Source: an uncultured virus (IMG/VR IMGVR_UViG_3300017991_003073)
Taxonomy: Duplodnaviria > Heunggongvirae > Uroviricota > Caudoviricetes
IMG/VR virus record: IMGVR_UViG_3300017991_003073
Strand: one strand, 5' to 3'
Length of the DNA: 64,000 nucleotides
Below the pieces are notes generated by a model. It was not told where the DNA came from. It worked only from the letters and a program-made list of their open reading frames with translations, and searched no databases. Below, piece after piece: positions 6,781 to 16,682 of the stretch. The first letter of the stretch is position 1, and each line of letters begins with the position of its first letter. Both the position numbers and the translations under genes were made by a program.

Positions 6781-9096
6781 CTACTCGAAGTCATCGAAAA
6801 GACCAGGGAAGTTGCTTCCTTCCTTCGGTCCCGCCGTTGTTGGGCGGCGGCGAGGTGTAGGCACCTCGAAAGGATCATCCTCGTCTTCGTCCCACGGCAA
6901 GGTGGGGTGGACAGCCGCAGGGGCAGATCTTCTACGGGTACGAGGTTTGGGCTTCGCCGTGGCTCCCTTGCGTTTCGCAATGCCCCTCGGGCGCGTACCC
7001 TTCTTCCGCCGATACCCGGACACCGTCTCAGCACCCAGAGCCTGCACGACGCGAGCGTCGATCTCGTAGTCGAAGATTTCGTTGCTAGAGAGCCATCCCA
7101 AAGCGAGGTCGAGGCCCGCTTCGATGGCATCCTCCTCGGTTGTATAAGGCCCATCGTCCGAGACGAGGGAGTCCACGAACGCCCCAGTAGTAGAGTCGAT
7201 GATCGCGCTCAAGTAGTACCCATCCGGTCCGAGGACGACGGAGTAGTACACCACGTCATCTTCATCCCCTACGGAGTAGGCTTCGTCCACATCCACTTCC
7301 GCAATCACTGCCGGACCCGCAGCCGTAGCTGGGGTGTAGGCCGGACATGGAGCCTGGGACACGCCCTCCAAGTCGAGACCAGCGCACCGCACGTCCGCTT
7401 CCTGAGGTGTACGGCCTCCGGCTTTGACGATCTCACTGCTGAGGATGTTCTGCTGGATGGTCCGCACGACGGCGTACCATTCCCCTTCCGCTTTCCCGTC
7501 CTCACCTGTCCGCTTCATGCGGTGCTTGCCCTCGGTGATGAAAGGTTGGAGACGAGCAAGCGAAGCCTTCTTGATTGAGGCCTTGGCGGAGAGAGGGTAT
7601 TGGATGGCAGCCAATTCCTCGGCGCGATCCATAGCGAGATCAGCGATGTGCCGACGCGCCTCATAGTACCGGTCGTTGCTGGCGTGAAGCCAACCGGCCA
7701 GCGTCTCGTATCCACAGCCTTCGTTCCATCCCCCAGGAGGCAGTGCCCCCACGGTATCGAAGGCCTGGGTGAAGTCCCTGGATCCACGTACAGGCTGCCC
7801 GTCCTCGAATACATCGACGCTAACGCGAGGTATCCTCCGGCCTACCGAGCCATTGTCGATCTTCTCGACCTCATCACGGCCAATAGCCTTGCCGGGGTAC
7901 TGGTCCCATTCCACATAAACGAGTCGCTTAGCCGGGTCTGGGTAGATCGACCGGCCTCTGGCACCTGCGATGGCCCGTACGATGCCCTCCGCCCCTTCAG
8001 GGATCCCGCTCAGGATCATCGCCGCTGGACTCACCACCCTTACTCGATCCCCCTCTTTGAAAGACTTTCCGCTTACCGTTTTCTTACCCTTCGCCTTCTT
8101 CGACTTCGCCTTCTTCTTCTTACCCATGGGACCGCTGACCGTATCGATCTCCTCCTCAGGGATGGTCCCGTCTTCGATGTTCTCCTGCAACGCTTCGCGG
8201 AGGTCGTCAGTGGACTCCGAGTCGTAGACTGCGAAACCCCACCGCTCCAGGATTTCCTGGATCTCGGCTCGGTCTAGCCAGTTGAGGCGGGAGGCGAGCG
8301 TCCCTCCGGACACCGTCTTCTTGCCCTTCTTCGTGGCTCCAGGCCGTCTGCCCTTCTTGCGCTTCACCTTCTTGGTGGAAACCGTTCCTGTAGCCTTCGA
8401 GGCCTTCTTCGCCTTCGCCTTCTTCTTCGTCCTGGGCTTTGCGCTGGCAGTCTTCTTGGCAGTGGACTTCTTCTTCTTCCTGGCTTTAGCCTTAGCCTTC
8501 GGCTTCGTCTTGCCCGAGGAGAAAGCCTCGTCACCTTCGGTCATCACACGATTGACCGCTTCCCAAGAGAACTCCACCGACTCCCCTGGATCCTCCAGCT
8601 GCGAGACATGAGCGAAGCCCTGCTTGCGCCCCTGGATCTTCGCCGGAACCCCATCGAGGGTACATTCGGCTCCGGCCCAAAGGTCCGCAAGTTTCTCCTT
8701 CGCGGTCTTCGGCTTCGCTGCTCCGGTGGTTTTGGCTCTGGTTTTGGGCTTGGGCTTAGCTTTGGGCTTGGAGCCCCCACTATTCTTCGGCTTCGCCTTC
8801 TTCTTGGGCTTGTTGCCTTTGACCGTCGCGGGCACCGAAGCCAGCTTCGTCCGCGTAGCTACCACGGGACTGCTCTTCTTCCACGCCCCCCGGATCTGTG
8901 TGTCGGTCATAGGCGACTTGGCCCACACCAAGAACCGCCCGTCCGGACCCCCCGCATCGGACACCACCGCCCGGACGTAGAAATGAGGATAGTCCGGCAG
9001 CTTCTGGGCGCTCTTGACCGCCGTGACCTCACGAGCCAACGCAGCTGCCGTACTGCGGTCGTGCCGCCCTGGGATGTAGTGGGTCCAAATCTTCAT
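6781..9096 (-). CDS. Lys-rich multidomain protein, putative virion polyprotein (771 aa)
   Basis: H1-like K/A/P tracts alternate with small globular domains, including an SH3/KOW-like FKEGDRVRV...VYVEWD. TVSG occurs 4 times, with related motifs at junctions. Confidence 0.85.
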   Translation of the reverse strand: MKIWTHYIPGRHDRSTAAALAREVTAVKSAQKLPDYPHFYVRAVVSDAGGPDGRFLVWAKSPMTDTQIRGAWKKSSPVVATRTKLASVPATVKGNKPKKKAKPKNSGGSKPKAKPKPKTRAKTTGAAKPKTAKEKLADLWAGAECTLDGVPAKIQGRKQGFAHVSQLEDPGESVEFSWEAVNRVMTEGDEAFSSGKTKPKAKAKARKKKKSTAKKTASAKPRTKKKAKAKKASKATGTVSTKKVKRKKGRRPGATKKGKKTVSGGTLASRLNWLDRAEIQEILERWGFAVYDSESTDDLREALQENIEDGTIPEEEIDTVSGPMGKKKKAKSKKAKGKKTVSGKSFKEGDRVRVVSPAAMILSGIPEGAEGIVRAIAGARGRSIYPDPAKRLVYVEWDQYPGKAIGRDEVEKIDNGSVGRRIPRVSVDVFEDGQPVRGSRDFTQAFDTVGALPPGGWNEGCGYETLAGWLHASNDRYYEARRHIADLAMDRAEELAAIQYPLSAKASIKKASLARLQPFITEGKHRMKRTGEDGKAEGEWYAVVRTIQQNILSSEIVKAGGRTPQEADVRCAGLDLEGVSQAPCPAYTPATAAGPAVIAEVDVDEAYSVGDEDDVVYYSVVLGPDGYYLSAIIDSTTGAFVDSLVSDDGPYTTEEDAIEAGLDLALGWLSSNEIFDYEIDARVVQALGAETVSGYRRKKGTRPRGIAKRKGATAKPKPRTRRRSAPAAVHPTLPWDEDEDDPFEVPTPRRRPTTAGPKEGSNFPGLFDDFE

Positions 9097-9151
9097 CGCA
9101 GATCTCCTGGTAGAAGGACGTTCTGGTGCCCTAGATTACCGTCCCTGCGAA

Positions 9152-9472
9152 TCAGTGGCCAGGGGGTGATACCCGGTTTACATCCGCTTTGCACCCACGC
9201 GCTACAACCCTCCGCCGGAGGGAAGGAGTGGGAGGCATACGCAGGAGATACAGAATAGCCTGGAGCGCCCGTACCGAGGACGGACTCGGTGTTCGGCTAC
9301 CGTTGTTCCAATGTGCGAAGGTATGGTAGTTGATGCCGGTGAGTTCGGAGAGAGTCTGGTACAACCGGGCCTTGGTTGGGCTGCTAGTTTCCTGCCGCAG
9401 TTGCTCCAATAGGTCACGAACATCGACCTCTTCGTCGGGGAACACCTTCTCTTTCAGGTCCCGCAGTCGCAT
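9152..9472 (-). CDS. XRE/Cro-family helix-turn-helix regulator
   Basis: LSELTGINYHTFAHWNNGSRTPS; GGAGG RBS at 9482..9486; start re-chosen at MRLRDLK. Confidence 0.75.
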   Translation of the reverse strand: MRLRDLKEKVFPDEEVDVRDLLEQLRQETSSPTKARLYQTLSELTGINYHTFAHWNNGSRTPSPSSVRALQAILYLLRMPPTPSLRRRVVARGCKADVNRVSPPGH

Positions 9473-9486
9473 GTCCGAAAACCTCC

Positions 9487-9511
9487 AAAACTGAAAAACT
9501 TTTGCAGTTTC
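9487..9511. promoter_or_regulatory. 25-bp palindromic operator-like site, copy 1
   Basis: AAAACTG AAAAA C TTTTG CAGTTTC, abutting the RBS of the HTH gene. Confidence 0.7.
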
Positions 9512-9512
9512 G

Positions 9513-11387
9513 CTAGTACCAGATACGACGGGCTCCCAGAGGGCTATCACCGCTAACCTCCTGCGAATCCAGAGGTTGTACTCCTTGGAAGCTACGGTGC
9601 TGTCGTGCCCGACCTTCGGCCTCCTTACGCAGGCTCTGGATCACCTTCGCCTCGGCAGCCCCTTCCCGATCCGCTTCCGCGAACGTGGCTACCTCAACAG
9701 GGAGCAAACCCTTCCGGAGCGCCATCCAAGCAGGCTCCAGGTAGTAGATCTCGGCTTGGCTGGGGCGACACACCGTGTCCGGCATAGGCGAACCGCGACG
9801 ACGCCCTCGGATCATGTTACGGGTAAGGAGATACGGCGAGTACGCGAGGTCATCCCAGATTCGATTTGGGGGAGCCCCGGCTCGGTCGAGATCTTGGACC
9901 GCGAACCCATCTACGATACCCATAGCCATTCGGTACCGCGTCTCGTCGGCCTTCGAGGGAACCGAGACGCCACCCGCACGGTTCACAGAGGTCAGCACGA
10001 ACACCCGGTGCTTCTGCGCCGACCCTGGAACCACTACTTCCAGGCTCACTACGATGTAGTCGCCCTCGCGAAGGCCGCGCCCCACAGTCCTTTTGTTGGG
10101 GTCTCGACCCAGCAACCGATTAACGAGATCGAGCCCAGTAGTATTGGTCCTGGTACGCCCATCCTCAGCGTTGAAGTACCACAACTGCACTGAGGTCAGC
10201 CTACCCAATGGTTGGGGCGAACCCCAATCCGCACCACGCTGCTCGGGCTTGCTCAAATCGAAAGGTGAATCGAACAACGCATGGGAGGCCACCGCTACGA
10301 TCATCCGCTCTTCCAACGCAGGCCCCGGTGGAAGGTTGAAGAGGTAGGGCACATTCGGCCTGTTGCCGTTTCGCGGAAGAGCCCCGTACTCCTGCATAAG
10401 ATCGACGCCAGCCTTACCCGAGACCTCGTTGACGAGTGCAGCCCTGCCTGCAAGCCGCGTTAGAGCCGCCTTGGCCTCAGGGTTCTCCTGTGCCAACGAG
10501 ATCATGGCATCGATACCAGGATTTGTAATACCCAGCTTCCGCAATTCAGTGGTTAGCCTTCCGAGCCCAACTGGCAGGTCGTCCACAGGTCGTTCCGAGA
10601 TCCGACTAACCCCAACAGGAGGGGCCTGGGGTCGGGGGACGGCCTTGCGAGCAGGTTGACTGATACCGACGCCTGGACCAAGTCGCCGGGCGACGGTCGC
10701 CACCTCCGGCGATGCGATGGATTGACGCTCCTGCTTCGCCCTCCTCACATCTTCAGGCTCTGCCTCTCCGTGGAAGATGCCGTCAGGTGGTTCGGGTTCC
10801 TCAGGTTCTGGAGAATCTCCTGCATCCGCCGAAGCAGTCGTTGCAGACTCTCCGGACGATCCTTCTTCCTGGTCCTCATCGCCACCACCGCTTGAATCAG
10901 CTTCACCATCGTCGCCGTCTTCTTCCTCCCCATCATCTCCGTCATCTCGATCCGCACCCCCAAAGGGATCGCCTTCGTTCCACTCAACATCATCGTCCCC
11001 GCCTGAGTCGTCGGTATCACCATCGTCGCCATCCTCTACAGAGCCCTCGTCATCTTCGTCCGCGTCCGGTTCTTCACTATCCTCGACCTCTACTTCAACT
11101 CCCGAAACTTCCCCGCTCTCCTCCTCCTCCTCTGTCGTTCGAGGGTGGGCGGTTCGAGGTTCGAGTGGGGGTCCGAGGGGATCCTCTTCGTCATCGGAAC
11201 CGACCCCATAGAAGTCTTCGTTTCTGGGTTCAAACAACCCAGGCTGCGCCCCTCCAGTTGAGAGACGCGGCCTCTGGGGTTGTGCAGCAGCTTTCCCTGC
11301 GTTTGGTCTGGTTCCACTTCCCCGTCGAACGCCACGGGCTGGCGCATCCTGGTCTTGCCAGGGGAACCTGCCTTCACCGTCTGTCAT
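9513..11387 (-). CDS. hypothetical protein with very acidic disordered N-half (624 aa)
   Basis: ORF; D/E tract; globular C-half; EVSG occurs 3 times. Confidence 0.85.
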   Translation of the reverse strand: MTDGEGRFPWQDQDAPARGVRRGSGTRPNAGKAAAQPQRPRLSTGGAQPGLFEPRNEDFYGVGSDDEEDPLGPPLEPRTAHPRTTEEEEESGEVSGVEVEVEDSEEPDADEDDEGSVEDGDDGDTDDSGGDDDVEWNEGDPFGGADRDDGDDGEEEDGDDGEADSSGGGDEDQEEGSSGESATTASADAGDSPEPEEPEPPDGIFHGEAEPEDVRRAKQERQSIASPEVATVARRLGPGVGISQPARKAVPRPQAPPVGVSRISERPVDDLPVGLGRLTTELRKLGITNPGIDAMISLAQENPEAKAALTRLAGRAALVNEVSGKAGVDLMQEYGALPRNGNRPNVPYLFNLPPGPALEERMIVAVASHALFDSPFDLSKPEQRGADWGSPQPLGRLTSVQLWYFNAEDGRTRTNTTGLDLVNRLLGRDPNKRTVGRGLREGDYIVVSLEVVVPGSAQKHRVFVLTSVNRAGGVSVPSKADETRYRMAMGIVDGFAVQDLDRAGAPPNRIWDDLAYSPYLLTRNMIRGRRRGSPMPDTVCRPSQAEIYYLEPAWMALRKGLLPVEVATFAEADREGAAEAKVIQSLRKEAEGRARQHRSFQGVQPLDSQEVSGDSPLGARRIWY

Positions 11388-11404
11388 GGTGTCTCCCTAC
11401 GAGG

Positions 11405-12373
11405 CTACATTCCGAAGCCGGTGAACCGTCCGTCCACACTGTTCGGGGTAGGGGCCTGCCCCGCGTGTTGGCCCTCGTAGTGCTTCCCGAAGGGAACACC
11501 GCCTACGAGTTGGCGTTGGTCGGTCCCCTGCGCTTGGAACGCATTGGGATGGTCGTGTTGCGATCCGTACCGGGGTTGGGCCTGGACGCCCATGTCAGTG
11601 ATGACGCCCGTGGTGCCGATAGCACCCGAATCATCCACCTGACCAATGGTCTTCATGGATCCGGGGTGTCCGAACACGGGCTTCGGAGGCTCGTGGTTGG
11701 TACGGCCTCCTACTGGCGGTGGCATCGTCAGCATCTGGACGTTGGGGTCCAGTTGCGGAGGCAAACCACCCGTAGCATCGGGCTGGGCCTCTTCGCCCTG
11801 CGGTGCCCCTGCAACACCCTGGGGCACCGGCATTGGCTGTTGTTGAGCCTGCTGCTGCGGAGCGTACTGCGGCGGAGCCTGCTGGGGCGGAGCCTGCTGG
11901 GGCATCGGCTGAGGCATCGGGGGAGCCGCTACCGCCGGAGCCTGTTGTGCAGCCTGGGCTTGGGCAGCGGCCTGAGCCTGGGCCGCAGCGGCCTGCGCTT
12001 GCTGCGCCTGCTGGGCAGCTGCCATCATCTGCTGGTATTGGGCTACCGGCATCACTCCTACCTGCCCATTAGGGTACTGCACCTGGACCATCTGCTGTTG
12101 CGGTGGTGCGGGTGCTGGGGCAGGCATGGGCACCTGCGGCATCGGTGCGGCCATACGCGGCATCTGCTGTGGCATCTGTGGCATCTGCGGCATCGCCTGT
12201 TGTGGCGGAGCCATTCCTTGCTGTGTGATACCCCCTGGACCCATCACCAGACCCCCACCTGAAGGGTCGCGGCGACGGCCACGGTGTTGAACACGGGCAC
12301 TGAACTGCTGCCCGCCCGTGGTTCCCATGTGCTGCTGCCCGAAGACGGGCCGTCCTGATCCTGGTTGACTCAT
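11405..12373 (-). CDS. Pro/Gln/Met-rich low-complexity protein (322 aa)
   Basis: ORF co-directional with the operon; PQM/PQQ repeats. Confidence 0.8.
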   Translation of the reverse strand: MSQPGSGRPVFGQQHMGTTGGQQFSARVQHRGRRRDPSGGGLVMGPGGITQQGMAPPQQAMPQMPQMPQQMPRMAAPMPQVPMPAPAPAPPQQQMVQVQYPNGQVGVMPVAQYQQMMAAAQQAQQAQAAAAQAQAAAQAQAAQQAPAVAAPPMPQPMPQQAPPQQAPPQYAPQQQAQQQPMPVPQGVAGAPQGEEAQPDATGGLPPQLDPNVQMLTMPPPVGGRTNHEPPKPVFGHPGSMKTIGQVDDSGAIGTTGVITDMGVQAQPRYGSQHDHPNAFQAQGTDQRQLVGGVPFGKHYEGQHAGQAPTPNSVDGRFTGFGM

Positions 12374-12417
12374 AGTTCCGTTTTGGGTCTGTGACGCCCT
12401 AACGGACGCCGGTTCAA

Positions 12418-14184
12418 CTACGGGCGGCGAACTGCTCGCAGGGGACTACCACCACCGTACTTCAGTGGTGCCCCCGAGGTCAGGAGAGCAGCGGCCAGGG
12501 AAGCGTCATCGACGCTAACTGGCTCGAACTCTCCTGTAAGGAATTGGTTGGAGATGGACTGGATGCCCCGTGCAGCCTGCCGAAGGTTCCCCAGCTTAGT
12601 ACTGAGTTCGGGGGTGAATCCGTCCAGTTCCTCGAACTCTTTCTTGAAAGTGGTCCCGAATTGGCGCGAGTCCCGGCGAAGGCTCTGCATCCCGTCGCGG
12701 AGGTCGGCCAGGACATCCATCGCCTGCCGATCCTGCGCGGAAGGGAAGTACATACCCCCTTCACCCTGATCGGTCAGTTCTCCTGGGAGAGGTACCGAAT
12801 CGGGAGACGGGGGAATCTCCTCCGGGAGCGAAGGGATCGTGTCCTCCGGAGCGGGTGGTGTCATCGGAGAGGTCATCGCTGGGGCGGGCAGGTCCGTGGG
12901 CATGGGTGTCGAAGTAGGCGGAGCGCCTCCCATCCGCGCATCGTGCATGGCCTTCAGCTGTTCGAGAGAGTGCGGGGCCTGAACACCTCCGAAACCCCCG
13001 AACTGCCCCACCGTCTCATCGATCTCCACACCGAGGGCATCCTCATCGATGACGTAGCCGCCCGTCGTCTGCTTCAACGGGAAGTCGTCCACGACGACAG
13101 GGCCACCAGCGGTCCAGCGGTGACGAGAAATGATCGCAGAACGTCCGGGGTAGTAGCAGTAGACCGTATACGGCCATCCCCGCTTCCGGTCCGGTCTCCC
13201 CGTCATACGAAGCTGTCCACCTCGGGCCTCGCACCCCATAAGATCCTTCGGAATGCAGACCTTCGCGCCACTGGAGTACTCCTTGTATACCCCGGTCGGG
13301 CATACGAAGCCTTGAGGCTTCTGCGCGGCCTTGATCTGGTAGCAGTAGGACGCCGTACCCGGTAGAGGGTAGACCTCGTACTGAGAGGGCGGATAGTTGT
13401 TCCAAGGACCGTTCTGCGGGCCTTGCCCTGCCGAGGGAGTCCACACCCTGAACCCAGAGCGGCACTGTTGAGTCGGCTGCACCGGCCCAGCGGCCCGCAC
13501 CTTGGCAGCGAGGTTTTGGAGGAACGTCGTATATTTCTGGTACGCCTCTTGCTGCGGCTTCCCAGCCAACATCCCTGCCCACTTGTAGAGGTACTGCTTA
13601 ACCTTCTGGACGATGGGGTGGCTCTGGAAGTTGCTCTGGTTGACGAGACGACCGTAGGTCGGAGTCGCCAAGTTCAGGGTCTGCTGGATGATCGAGTCCA
13701 CGTTGGGGACCACAGGCAATGTGATAAGTGACTCAGGGGCACCTCGGTCATGCCAGCGAACCCCCGCAGCGTGGAGGTTGTGGTTCCCTGGCCCGAACCA
13801 CCGATACGAGTCGGTGTAGTTCCGCCCCCGGAAAGCTAGTACCTGCGTGTTCGCGGGCACCAACATGTAGCTCCACTCATTCCGGTAACGTCCTGTATCC
13901 GGCACCTTACCGGTGAACTTTCCGATCCCTCCACCGTGGATCAATCGACTCGGAGCCGGATGCTTGTGCTTCAGGAGCGTGATTGTGCCAGGAGTACGGT
14001 TCAACGCAGACAAGGCTTGATCCAAGGCCTGCGTCAGGCGGCTCTGCTCAGCTTGGCCGATAGCCGTTGCTGCGAAATCCGTCGTAGTGGTCGGTTGGAC
14101 CATCGACGGTGGGTTCTGGGACACGATCCCCTGGCCGACCGTGGGAGCCTTTGCAGCCAATGATCCGTTTGTTCTGAAGTCCAT
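12418..14184 (-). CDS. hypothetical putative virion protein (588 aa)
   Basis: ORF with GGAG RBS; Cys-containing central domain; PTVG, TTGG and ETVG motifs. Confidence 0.85.
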   Translation of the reverse strand: MDFRTNGSLAAKAPTVGQGIVSQNPPSMVQPTTTTDFAATAIGQAEQSRLTQALDQALSALNRTPGTITLLKHKHPAPSRLIHGGGIGKFTGKVPDTGRYRNEWSYMLVPANTQVLAFRGRNYTDSYRWFGPGNHNLHAAGVRWHDRGAPESLITLPVVPNVDSIIQQTLNLATPTYGRLVNQSNFQSHPIVQKVKQYLYKWAGMLAGKPQQEAYQKYTTFLQNLAAKVRAAGPVQPTQQCRSGFRVWTPSAGQGPQNGPWNNYPPSQYEVYPLPGTASYCYQIKAAQKPQGFVCPTGVYKEYSSGAKVCIPKDLMGCEARGGQLRMTGRPDRKRGWPYTVYCYYPGRSAIISRHRWTAGGPVVVDDFPLKQTTGGYVIDEDALGVEIDETVGQFGGFGGVQAPHSLEQLKAMHDARMGGAPPTSTPMPTDLPAPAMTSPMTPPAPEDTIPSLPEEIPPSPDSVPLPGELTDQGEGGMYFPSAQDRQAMDVLADLRDGMQSLRRDSRQFGTTFKKEFEELDGFTPELSTKLGNLRQAARGIQSISNQFLTGEFEPVSVDDASLAAALLTSGAPLKYGGGSPLRAVRRP

Positions 14185-14278
14185 GTTTTTCTCCGAGGCG
14201 TAAGGGCCGTAGGACTGAATCTACGAGTTGGTCCGAGTATCGTAACCTTGCGCCTCACCCTCCACAAGACGCCGAGGG

Positions 14279-14920
14279 TCACCCGGTATTCTGCTGTTGC
14301 AAGGCCGTTCGAACTGCTTGCAACCGCTGCTGTGCGTTCGACAAGTTTTCCTGGATCTGGTCAACGACAGTGGGTGAGAACTCGTACCCCCGCAGCGCCG
14401 AGTAGTGCGTTTCCAGCATCTTCTGCGCCCACCCTAACACGGCGGCTTGGGCGTTCCCCAATTCCAGTTGTTGCTGGATTCGGTTCAGATCCGCCGACAG
14501 GCTCATCTGCTGCTGCTGGATCTTCAGAACCTGGGTATTGATAGTCCCGATCCGTTGTTCGAGCATCGTCACGCTTTGCATGGCCTGGGTAGCCACGACC
14601 AAAGCAGGGTTCGGTGCTGATTCTGGAGAAGGGGACTTGGCCCCGCCCACCGAAAACACAGGCCGGACTGACGATGGGGAAGGGGGCGCTGACTTAGGTT
14701 GAGAAACTGGAACAGGACTGGAAGGCGGAGGCGTTGCAGGCGAGGACTTGACCTCCGGGGCTTCTTCCACCTCCTCCCCCAGTTGCATCGTTACCGTGCG
14801 TTGTACCCCCCACGGAGGTGGGGAAACCTCCGGAGGCTCGGGCTCCTCAACAAGAGGGGCTCCTCCTATTGGGGCTTCGTCTTCCGCGTCGAGCGGAATA
14901 GAGATTGTCCGTGTTCTCAC
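14279..14920 (-). CDS. Pro-rich/coiled-coil protein (GTG start re-chosen)
   Basis: AAGGAGG upstream of the GTG at 14920 removes the overlap with the upstream gene; Gln-rich heptads at the C-terminus. Confidence 0.75.
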   Translation of the reverse strand: MRTRTISIPLDAEDEAPIGGAPLVEEPEPPEVSPPPWGVQRTVTMQLGEEVEEAPEVKSSPATPPPSSPVPVSQPKSAPPSPSSVRPVFSVGGAKSPSPESAPNPALVVATQAMQSVTMLEQRIGTINTQVLKIQQQQMSLSADLNRIQQQLELGNAQAAVLGWAQKMLETHYSALRGYEFSPTVVDQIQENLSNAQQRLQAVRTALQQQNTG

Positions 14921-14936
14921 CGCAGGGACCTCCTTC

Positions 14937-15530
14937 TTAGACAGGCGCGTTGGGCGTGTCCTTGCGATCCACTTCCATGCGGAATACTGGATCAGCGCGG
15001 AGAAGCATCTGAACCACCACCGTATCAGTTGCCAGGAGGGTGGAGTTCGGATCTGTGTTGTCGATGAGTACACCCAGTTGTTCCCCGCCATCGAGGTCTA
15101 CGTAGTAGTACTCACCGGGCATCGGCATACCTGGACAGCCCTGGATCGAGAAGATCGGGACGTTATCCAGCATCAAGAAGAAGACGACCCCTGCGAGGCG
15201 GTTGATGACAGCCTGCCAATCAAGGTAGTTGCCGTCCACGTCGATGATGTGCGTTCCGATGGAGATCTGGTTCCCCGGCTTCTGTGCGAAGCCCAGGTTG
15301 ACCGTATCTAGTGTCCCAGGAGCTACCCGGACACGACGGCGGAACGAGTCGGAATAGTAGACATCCCGGATACCTGCTGGCGACGGATCCTGCCCCCCGC
15401 GTAGCCTCTGAGGGTAGGGGCCGAGGGGTGGATACAGCTTCGTCCCCGGAGCCGGTGTCCGTTGGATGGTGCAGCGGTCGAAGAGGCCGCGATGCTGGAT
15501 CTCGAAGATGGAGTAGACGCTGTAGGACAT
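14937..15530 (-). CDS. beta-rich putative structural protein (197 aa)
   Basis: AGGAG RBS; alternating hydrophobic strands; downstream of the capsid candidate. Confidence 0.8.
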   Translation of the reverse strand: MSYSVYSIFEIQHRGLFDRCTIQRTPAPGTKLYPPLGPYPQRLRGGQDPSPAGIRDVYYSDSFRRRVRVAPGTLDTVNLGFAQKPGNQISIGTHIIDVDGNYLDWQAVINRLAGVVFFLMLDNVPIFSIQGCPGMPMPGEYYYVDLDGGEQLGVLIDNTDPNSTLLATDTVVVQMLLRADPVFRMEVDRKDTPNAPV

Positions 15531-15538
15531 GGTCGCTC

Positions 15539-16543
15539 CTAGAGGCCGTACGATCCGCCTTCGATCTCGAAGGCACCGATGGCGTCACCCTGTTCAACAT
15601 CGAGGACCAGTGGTTGGAGCAACTCAACTTCAACGTTGGTACCCCCGACCACCAGCATTGGGGCTGCCAGTCGCCCTCCACGGGACCGGTGGAAGAGTCG
15701 TGCCGGGATGTAGTCGTCGTTCAAGCGAATGCCTCCCTGCCATCCGATGCGGGTGTACAGGTGCTGCTGCCCCGAGTACAGCAGCGTGTCTACGATACTT
15801 GGGTGACGCCGACGTAGTGGGATGTTCGAGATGTTGGGCTGCCCGAAAACACCTGGGCCGGTGCCACCGGGACACACCAGAGGCCCGGTGATCTCCGAGA
15901 CAATACGGATGGGTTCCGTAGTCGAGTCCACAGGGTAGGGTGGTGGGAAGGTGTACACCATACGCCCGAAGAGTCCAGCGAACAAGTAGACCGTGGTATC
16001 CGGAGCGAATCGGTCACACTTGTTCCGGATGATGGTCAGCTTACCCGCCTGTCCTGCGGGGAGGCCCTGATGGACCGACATCACCCTCCAGTCGTTGCGC
16101 TGGATGACATGGGTCCGGAAGATATGGTCCCCGGCGAAATCGAAGACGCAGGTGAAGTTGTAGCCCTCTTCTGCCCCAATGAACGGTGGGGGTCCGGAAA
16201 GCGTCCCCACTTCGTCGCTGAAGACACCGTGGTCGGGGTCAGCCCAGATCAAGGGGTAGTCCGGGGCTTCATCTTCGGTACCCAAGACCGCCAACATGAG
16301 GTAAATGCCCTGCCAGATAAATGGCCCGTGTTGGCCTCGGGGAATCTGGAAGGGGATCTCGATCTCACACGGGTCCGGGATTGGTGTCGCTTTCGGAACG
16401 ATGAGGTCGGCAGGGTTGTCAGGCTCCCGGAAAATCGGAATGATCTTCGGGTACTCCACCCGCGTCGGATCCAGGCTTGTGCCTGCTTGGTTGGAAGGCG
16501 GAGGGGCTGCTGGACTGGGCGGCGAGTTCGGGTTTCTGGGCAT
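15539..16543 (-). CDS. beta-rich putative minor structural protein (334 aa)
   Basis: GAGG RBS; Pro/Gly/aromatic, beta-rich composition. Confidence 0.8.
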   Translation of the reverse strand: MPRNPNSPPSPAAPPPSNQAGTSLDPTRVEYPKIIPIFREPDNPADLIVPKATPIPDPCEIEIPFQIPRGQHGPFIWQGIYLMLAVLGTEDEAPDYPLIWADPDHGVFSDEVGTLSGPPPFIGAEEGYNFTCVFDFAGDHIFRTHVIQRNDWRVMSVHQGLPAGQAGKLTIIRNKCDRFAPDTTVYLFAGLFGRMVYTFPPPYPVDSTTEPIRIVSEITGPLVCPGGTGPGVFGQPNISNIPLRRRHPSIVDTLLYSGQQHLYTRIGWQGGIRLNDDYIPARLFHRSRGGRLAAPMLVVGGTNVEVELLQPLVLDVEQGDAIGAFEIEGGSYGL

Positions 16544-16610
16544 GACATCCTCACCTAAAGGAAGTGGCAGTCAAGTAGGGCTGGCGAAATCATAACTGAT
16601 TCGAGCCCAA

Positions 16611-16650
16611 GGGAAAACCCCGCCCACGTCAGACGTGAGCGGGGCTTCCC
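16611..16650 (-). terminator. rho-independent terminator after the capsid candidate
   Basis: Minus strand CCCCGCUCACGU...ACGUGGGCGGGG-UUUUCCC. Confidence 0.75.
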
Positions 16651-16682
16651 TCAAGCGGCGTTACGCAGCCTGGAACAAAGGC

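Noticed and set aside
10712..12262. 516-aa plus-strand ORF, and similar ones at 16635..17561, 19705..20739 and 45304..46518
   Set aside because: Antisense to well-supported minus-strand genes; their composition mirrors the low complexity of the real genes.
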